From assembly GCA_051294375.1 (NCBI GenBank), contig JBJCIZ010000528.1:1-40446 (forward strand): a stretch of 40,446 nt of DNA, in the 5' to 3' direction. The notes beneath the pieces are model-generated. The model ran no database searches. It had not been told where the DNA came from and saw only the letters and a program-made list of their open reading frames with translations. The translations under genes and the position numbers were made by a program. This document shows, one piece after another, positions 33,286-40,446 of the stretch. Positions within the stretch are counted from its first letter, which is position 1, and each line of letters opens with the position of its first letter. This DNA comes from Paraspadella gotoi (taxonomy: Eukaryota > Animalia > Chaetognatha).

Positions 33286-36200
33286 TATTTAAATTAGTCC
33301 TTTCGCTCCGCGTATAAAAATTAAAATCTACATACGATGGATCGCGTATTCAAAGGTCTGTCAAAAGCGGCGACGGCGCAGGACGCCCGCAGGCACGTCC
33401 AGGGATGCCGACGCCGCCATCGACGACGTGGCCGCAAGCCTTAGTAGCGTCCACCTCAAGTGAGCGAAGCAAACGCCGCCGTCACTTCAATCAACGCAAA
33501 GTTCGACGCCGCGTTCACTGACCTGAAGACGAAATGAGAGCCAATACTCATTGGGAGGCTCCGCCGCTCTACCGACCGTACGCTCCGCTCCTCGGCCACG
33601 CCGCGCCGACCGCGTCCGCCTCAGCCAATGCTGGAACCGCCAGAAGGGCCCCCGGCCAAACCATCAAGCCTGGAGAAACGCCGGCGCAGACGAGAAACCC
33701 GAAGACTTCCTCATGGGAGTATACAAAACCCTACGTGACTGCGGGTGAAGACCCGAAGGTTGAACGATCAACTCAGGCCCTTCTCGCCCGCGACGAGGAA
33801 GCAGTGTTTTCATTGATCCGATTAACGGCAGTCTCTGGCACGGCCTCAAAGAGATTGTGCGAGTCTACGTCGGTCGGGATTCTAAAGCGTCTGCAAACAT
33901 CTCCGTAGTCGTCGATCCCTCGTCCACTCCAATTCGGGCTAGCGCTAAGTAAACACGGTTTACCGCCACTTCGGACTATGTCGCCGCTGAAGAACGCCCG
34001 CGATCGCGCATGCACGGTCGCACAGCCTACTCACCCACGGCGCTTGGAACCCTACGCTCCAAGGCATCACGGCAGAATCGATGAAGTTCCGCGCCTTATC
34101 GGCCGATGGAAAGCGGTGCGAGCTCGGCTCCATTATCGAATGGAAATTGCGTGGCTTACCTAAATTCACGCGGAACAGATGCATCGTCCCGCCGATTCAT
34201 CTAACGTTCAGTGAAGGACGATGACCCGCCAACTCCTACAGACTCCCTCCCTGAAAGAAAGGCTGTCAGATAAGGAACCCCCGCCGACAGCCGCAAACGC
34301 CCTTACCAAGGTACGATGTACAAGAAGCAAATAACCAGCGGGAACTCCTGGAGAAAATGGCAAAAATCAATGGCAAAAAAGTGGAAAAGGCAAGTGGCCG
34401 AAACGCGCCCATTCGAAGAAAAGAAATGGAGACCAGCTTCACACCGCGATTACCGGCCGCGACGCGACCGCGTGACGATCGACGCGACGACCGACGCGGC
34501 CGCCAGAAGAAGTTTTGGCAGGAAGAGGCAAATGGGCGAATAAGCGCAAGAACCAGCCAAGAAAATGGCAGAACTGGCCGATTTGAAGCAAGAAGACGCG
34601 ATTTTCCATGTTGAAATTGACGACGATGATGATGACAATTTTCTGTGAAAAATAAAGCCGATGAAATTATAAAGTATTCTCAATAGCAGAAAGGACAGCC
34701 AGAACGTGACAAAGACAAAGAAAAAGAGAGTGGCCGAGCTAGTAAATAACATGGCCGCTAGATTACGAGATTTAGCGAAGAGGTTCCCTGCCAGCCCGAA
34801 AGATACCGCCTTAGGCGGACATCGCAACGAATGCCCATTATTAAGGAGGCCATAGCGCCACGAGCCGGATACGAAAGTTGTTTGCGCCACTGAAAGTAAC
34901 GTGAAATGCGCTTTAGCCTGTTAATGGCAAACAAAGTGGCTAGAAATTATGGCCCGCGCGAGGAAAGGAAGAAGAAAGGCTTTAATAAAGAGAATTAAAC
35001 TGTGAAAAGCTCTGTACTCCTCCTCTGGAACCAGAAGACGAACGGAAGGACGCTCAAGCCCGAGGCGCCTCGCTCGCAGTGCAAGCCGAGGACCCGCCAG
35101 GAGCCTCCAACGGAAACACAACGCCGAGTATGGGCACCGTCTCGTCCAGCCACTAACGCGCTATCAGCGCGATGCCGGCCGCCTACTCTAACAACCCAAC
35201 TTAGCAGAGGTAATTGGAACCAGGGAGGGTGAGTCCTTGCACAAAGCAACGATCGACCGCGCCGAAAAGGAGTGCCACGAGCCGGAAAGATTTTCGGCGC
35301 CTCCAGCGTCACCGGTCACATCAAAGGACGAAGTTCCCGCTTCCTCCACTCCCTGATGCCCTCGGTTCAACGCCCGGAAACGCTAGGCCCTCCACCCGCC
35401 AAGGGATGACACAAACGCCCGATTACCGCCGGCCAAAAAATAGCTATGATAGCCGGCGGTTATTAATGGCGCTCTGCCTGCAGCCTGCCTCATACGACAC
35501 AGAGGACCTCCATAAACACGATCCCCGGCCGATTCGTAGACGAATGGTCCCTCCGAGACAAAGTCACCCGAGGCCCGCCAGTACGAGTGACCACCGCAAA
35601 TGGAATCGTGTTCATCCGCGCGACCGTTTAAAGCCTCAAGGTCATGTTTCAAAACTGGACCTTGGACACAACATTTTTCGTATCACCGGATGAGGATGAC
35701 GCGTGACGTTATCATTGAAAACCGGCCACCACAGACAGCCCGCGCCGCACAACGAGCTCTGGTCGTATCACACCGCGGAAAGCGGACTGCAGGTGGCTCA
35801 CATGGCTGGAAACCCATGCACCACCTGCTGAAAAGTAAGATAACGGCGCTCCGGGCGGCCAGGTGGCTCCGCCAGGCGCTTCCGGTCGATTGCCATCTCT
35901 ACCAACCTTTGTTCGCCGAAGCACTACGCCGGCCGAGTCTCAGTTAGAGCTGCGAAGGTTTAGCTGGAAGACCCTCACCGATGCAGAAATGGATTGTAGA
36001 GTCACTAAGCAGAGACGTTGCCTGCTCCGTCACCGGAGACGCCCTCCGCTCGCGGCGTCAGCCTTCGGAAACGCCTGGTCGAGTGGGGAAGAGCAAAGAT
36101 AGTCGTCACAGATGAAGCTCAGAAACAGCTCCGCCTCCTCGACTCAGACAGAGCGAACCCAGTATCGGCGGACCTCTCAGGACAAAAGCCTAAACTAAGG

Positions 36201-36389
36201 AGATGTAGAAAAAAGAAGAATTCCGCCAACGACAATAGTAAAGCATTCGCCGTCGAAGCCGAGTTAAAAAGGGTACGGGAAGCACGCGATAGGCGCCGAC
36301 AAAAACATGACGATCGAGGAAAAAGAGAGTTTCTCAAACCGTTCAAAGAAATAGACCCAGGCGCTTGCCGATAAAGCACCTGATGGTCT

Positions 36390-37469
36390 GGGACGGCTGT
36401 ATGGAATTCCCGCGACGTGTTTCGGTGATTCCATAAAACGATTGTAAAGAAGGTTCTTGAATTACAGGTAGACCTCGGTTTCACGACAACGGAGGATCTA
36501 CCCAACACCGCGTTTTATCAACCAGGGACCTAAAGAAGGCCGCCTTAACAAAAGGTACCTTGAAGTTTAACGAAGAAGCCGGCGTCGTGTCCAGAACATC
36601 AGGCGCAAGCATACTCGAATGCCTTCCTCATATAAGAAACCAAACCACGTGGGACAGGGACAAGAGGAGATGGACAATGAGACCTTCGCAAAACAATGGC
36701 GCTCATATGATGAGCTTATCTGCTGTAATATGATAACATCTCTACCTACGCAACAGAGCCGCAAACGATCTCTGCAATTTTGGGAGAATACAAGCCCCAT
36801 GAAGCTCCAGTTGCTCGGCTCGACATCCTGGCCTGCTTCCACCAGGTGAACCTCACGGACCCTGCAAACCAATCACTCCGTTTGCAGGGGCAGGACACAC
36901 TGGCAAATGAACAAATTACCAATGGGCGGAGTGAATATAGTATAAACGTCCTCCAGGCCATTTCTCGATGAGATATTTGCCGACCTCGGCAGAGATGTGA
37001 AATCATTCTTATTTATGTCGACGACCTCATCCTCACGGCCAGGACCGCACCCGACGAAATGGCCCTCAGACTCCGCGAGTTTCTTCAATCTGCCAAAGAG
37101 AAAATGTGGTCCTCAAATGGACAAAAAGCGTCCTGCTGAGAAAGGACAATATCAAAGAATCGCTCGTTTCATATCAAGATCCTCGGTTTCAGCATCTCTA
37201 AGGATAAGTTGAGACCCCAGCGTGAGAAGATGGAACAAGCCGAGTTAAAATTGAAGGAACTAAGGACGCAGAAAGACCTGCGAGCGCTCCTGGCTTCCCT
37301 AAACTATTATCGCTGTTTTACTCACCGTTTCTCCTATCTGGCACAACCGCTCCACGCCCTCACCCTGCTCGACAAGAAAGATTTCAGCTTCACAGAGGCC
37401 CATAGGGAAAGCCTAGACATGCTAATAAAAGAAATCAAATCAACCCCCGCGGGTCTAAAATGTTTCTGA
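36390..37469 (+). pseudogene. Gypsy reverse transcriptase and connection domain
   Basis: RLDILACFHQV; IYVDDLILTA at 37011-37040; LRALLASLNYYRCFTHRFSYLAQPLHAL. Confidence 0.9.
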
Positions 37470-38051
37470 ACGATGCGGAAAGATAAAAAATGTGGCGATT
37501 ACCGCCATTTACGCGCGAACAGCCATAAGCACACAGCCAGCGGATGGACGAGAGGTTCTCATCACAGCCAGCAGCGGACGCGACAACCTCGAAGCTACCC
37601 CCTCTGTTCCACTCGGAGACCTTCCCTAGTGCGCCAACGAGTAAAAAAGAAGGTCAAGGTGAAGTACCGAACTAAAAGAACAATATAACAACATCTTAGA
37701 AACGCTTGGCGCCATTCAACCATGAATGATTGAGACATAGATTTAAAGGCTACAATCTGCGGTAGGCGGGGATTCAGATTGCATCAACAGTATTCACAAT
37801 CTAGTTCCAAAAGAATCACTGGACTGATTTACAGCGCGAGATAAACCAAACAACTTGCAGCTCAATACCGGCAGACCAACGCTCCTCCGCTGGAATCTAC
37901 AGAGACAACCGTCAGGAAATGCCATACCCACACAGAAAGTGATCACTGTGAAAAAGGGCGAAGAACAATCACCGCGGATTCCTCCACCCGCTTCACGACC
38001 ACAGCCAGATACAGAGCGGCCGCTGCGACACGCCCTTCTGGCCAGGCAGGT

Positions 38052-38410
38052 GTGTTGACCGCTGCCACAGGAGCTTCGTCCCTGGGCTTCTCCGTAATGC
38101 CTCCAGTCACCGAAGGGAAGACATGGCCTGCGTCATTTGGATACTTCCACTACTGCGCGGGCGCGCCCGGCACGACTCGCCAGAACCTCGTCGCACGCCA
38201 CTGGCTGAAGATAGAGTGCGACAAAATCTTTTCGAAAGAACATGTTTTCAAAATTTGGTTAGAACGGAAAAGGCTTTGACAACGCGAAGTACAAAGACAA
38301 ATCATAAGGCGTTCTAATATGGACGCGCGAAAACGAAAAAACGCCGATGACGATTTATAACCGCAGCGATATCGCCAACAAAGGACTGGAACCGTTGGTC
38401 ACCCGGAGCT
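38052..38410 (+). pseudogene. Probable divergent RNase H
   Basis: VLT(A)ATGASSLGFSVM..KTWPASFG and EHVFKIWLERK resemble the TDAS..GLG..P.AF and F.I.TDHK.L motifs; the catalytic Asp codons are not intact as written. Confidence 0.45.
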
Positions 38411-39739
38411 AGAACTTTTTGACCGAAATGACAGGAGTGTGCATAAAAAATACTAGACGAAGACTCCACAGTGCCATCAGGCTGCAAATTCGTCAAACGT
38501 AATGGAAGGGGATCAGACCGAACTCTCCAAATCTTCAGCGTCAATCACAGCCAGGGTCTCTCCTCATACAAGACTCACCACCTGGGACTTACCTTCGCGC
38601 ACTGGTCAACAGGCGGACTCCGGAGAGCGAAACCGATGACGCGTCGTCCTTCACTCTGTTGCGGAGCTCTAGACACGACTGAAGAGAGCCCCGAAGAAGC
38701 GAGGCACGGCCCATAAACAACTGGGTTAAAAGCTGGAAAAACACATCGCTAGGCTGCAAACTCTCCCCCGAGACACAGGTCCTCATCAGACTTCAACCAC
38801 TTCCGGCGAAATGTATTCATGACCGATTGGATCTTATATTGATATGCGGTCTCGCTGCCGAAGCTATCCCGACCATCCGTTCTCGCCCGCCGCCGTCCGC
38901 CTGGGATGACTCGCCCACCCCCCTGGGCGGCTCAACGAGAAATTGGTCGAACAAACCCCAGGAGCAGCGTCGCCGGACCCACCGCCCGGCGTCGCACGCA
39001 CCGACGTCCCATGGCGAGCCCACGACGGCGCCCCAAGCCTGAGCACCGCCCTGTCGCGAGCGGCCAGCCAAACCCCTCCCGGCCGTGGGCCAGCAGGAAC
39101 CGCCTCAGACGAGCAAATGAAAGCAACATCCCATTACCCCGCTCCCGGGCCACCTGGCAAGGAAGGCCGAGGAAAAGGCGTCGTCGTACGATCATCCGCA
39201 TCGACGGCCCTCCCTAGATCGTCGTACGCCCAGGACCAACAGAAAATCGAGGCTTGGTGCAAAGCATGCCACTTTGACCGAGCCGACTCCTTTACGTTCT
39301 CTACTCCCGACTAACATGAGCTGACGAGTAAAGAAAATAGGCAAAACAAAAGCAACAATGACAATCAAATCAGATCGCAGACGATCGCTCAATTACCATT
39401 CCATAGTTAAACCGACAGCCAGAGTCAAGGAACCCAACTTCCGGACCATCCATACAAGGCGAATGGCTGTTGACAAAAGACTGCAAGGAGCAGTCTCACT
39501 CAGGCTGGTATATACCGAAAGTACGACTTGTCCACCTTCGGACGAATTGTGGAATCCTGCTCGTAAGATAAGTTTCCGGGAATGAAACAAGGACCTTCGC
39601 CGTGGTTCATCGTCCCTCGCGCGAACATACTCTAGAGAAAAATACAGTCCGCTAAATTACCAACGAACCGCAGTTGCCACCACCAAAAAGGCACGCACAG
39701 AAAACCGCGTTTATATCATAACCGCGACATGTACGTGTC

Positions 39740-40446
39740 TAGCAGCGACCCGGCACATACAAGGTCGCCGGCTCTATAACTCGCAATAATGGTGAATATT
39801 GAGCGGCCATCTTACGATAAAATATAGTGCTCGAATGCGAAACTTGCCGGAAGGCGACAGATGAAATGAGATTCAACGAGACGGAATCAGGCCCGACACA
39901 CGCGCTAATCCCGTGGGAGTCGCTGTGCATAGACGTTATGCACTTACCTCCGAGCGGGGNNNNNNNNNNNNNNNNNNNNNNNNNNNNNNNNNNNNNNNNN
40001 NNNNNNNNNNNNNNNNNNNNNNNNNNNNNNNNNNNNNNNNNNNNNNNNNNNNNNNNNNNNNNNNNNNNNNNNNNNNNNNNNNNNNNNNNNNNNNNNNNNN
40101 NNNNNNNNNNNNNNNNNNNNNNNNNNNNNNNNNNNNNNNNNNNNNNNNNNNNNNNNNNNNNNNNNNNNNNNNNNNNNNNNNNNNNNNNNNNNNNNNNNNN
40201 NNNNNNNNNNNNNNNNNNNNNNNNNNNNNNNNNNNNNNNNNNNNNNNNNNNNNNNNNNNNNNNNNNNNNNNNNNNNNNNNNNNNNNNNNNNCGACCCAAA
40301 TGGATGGCTCCCGGCGCTCCCTCACCTCCTGTTGGCGCTAAACGCCACGCCCATTTCCGGTTGGAAAACAGACATGTCGCCTCATGAGCTACAGTTTGGA
40401 AATCGACCGAGGATCATCGAACCGCCGGACGAAGCTCTCTATGAAT
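39740..40446 (+). pseudogene. Gypsy integrase, interrupted by an N gap
   Basis: VLECETCRK (Zn-finger CxxC), PWESLCIDVMHLPPSG (first Asp); after the gap GWLPALPHLLLALNATPISGWKTDMSPHELQFGNRPR. Confidence 0.92.

Larger units (their letters stand above)
33337..40446 (+). mobile_element. Ty3/gypsy LTR retrotransposon internal region (gag-PR-RT-RH-INT), heavily frameshifted, no LTR seen
   Basis: Domain order PR (~35470-35520), RT, RH, INT is the gypsy order. Confidence 0.92.

Noticed and set aside
38060-38500. Macrodomain captured in Pol
   Set aside because: The HC.S.D..MG.GIA-type motif is absent; divergent RNase H fits better.

Overview
Eukaryotic (probably invertebrate metazoan) draft-assembly window with no supportable host gene. 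It is a nest of transposable elements in AT-rich DNA. Left to right: a Ty3/gypsy integrase fragment and a BEL/Pao gag-like pseudogene (minus strand); GA microsatellites; a ~70-bp hairpin satellite with a tRNA A-box-like motif; a ~2.1-kb degraded GC-rich ORF of unknown type; Helentron-type (HINE/DINE-1-like) elements, one complete copy lying inside a TA-flanked TIR element; and the 3' end of an L1/Tx1-like LINE. The LINE is split by an ~11-kb non-autonomous hAT-like element (8-bp TSD TTAATGAG, imperfect ~120-140-bp TIRs). That element carries TTAGGG-punctuated minisatellites, a structured RNA-like insert, a precisely inverted 838-bp segment, a tRNA-derived SINE and a Penelope-type hammerhead motif. 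An unusually long Ty3/gypsy gag-PR-RT-RH-INT follows. Region ~20210-29603 duplicates ~29604-36500. Indel noise and two 25-N gaps suggest long-read gap filling, so frameshifts, duplications and inversions may be partly assembly artefacts. All similarities were judged by eye; no searches were run.
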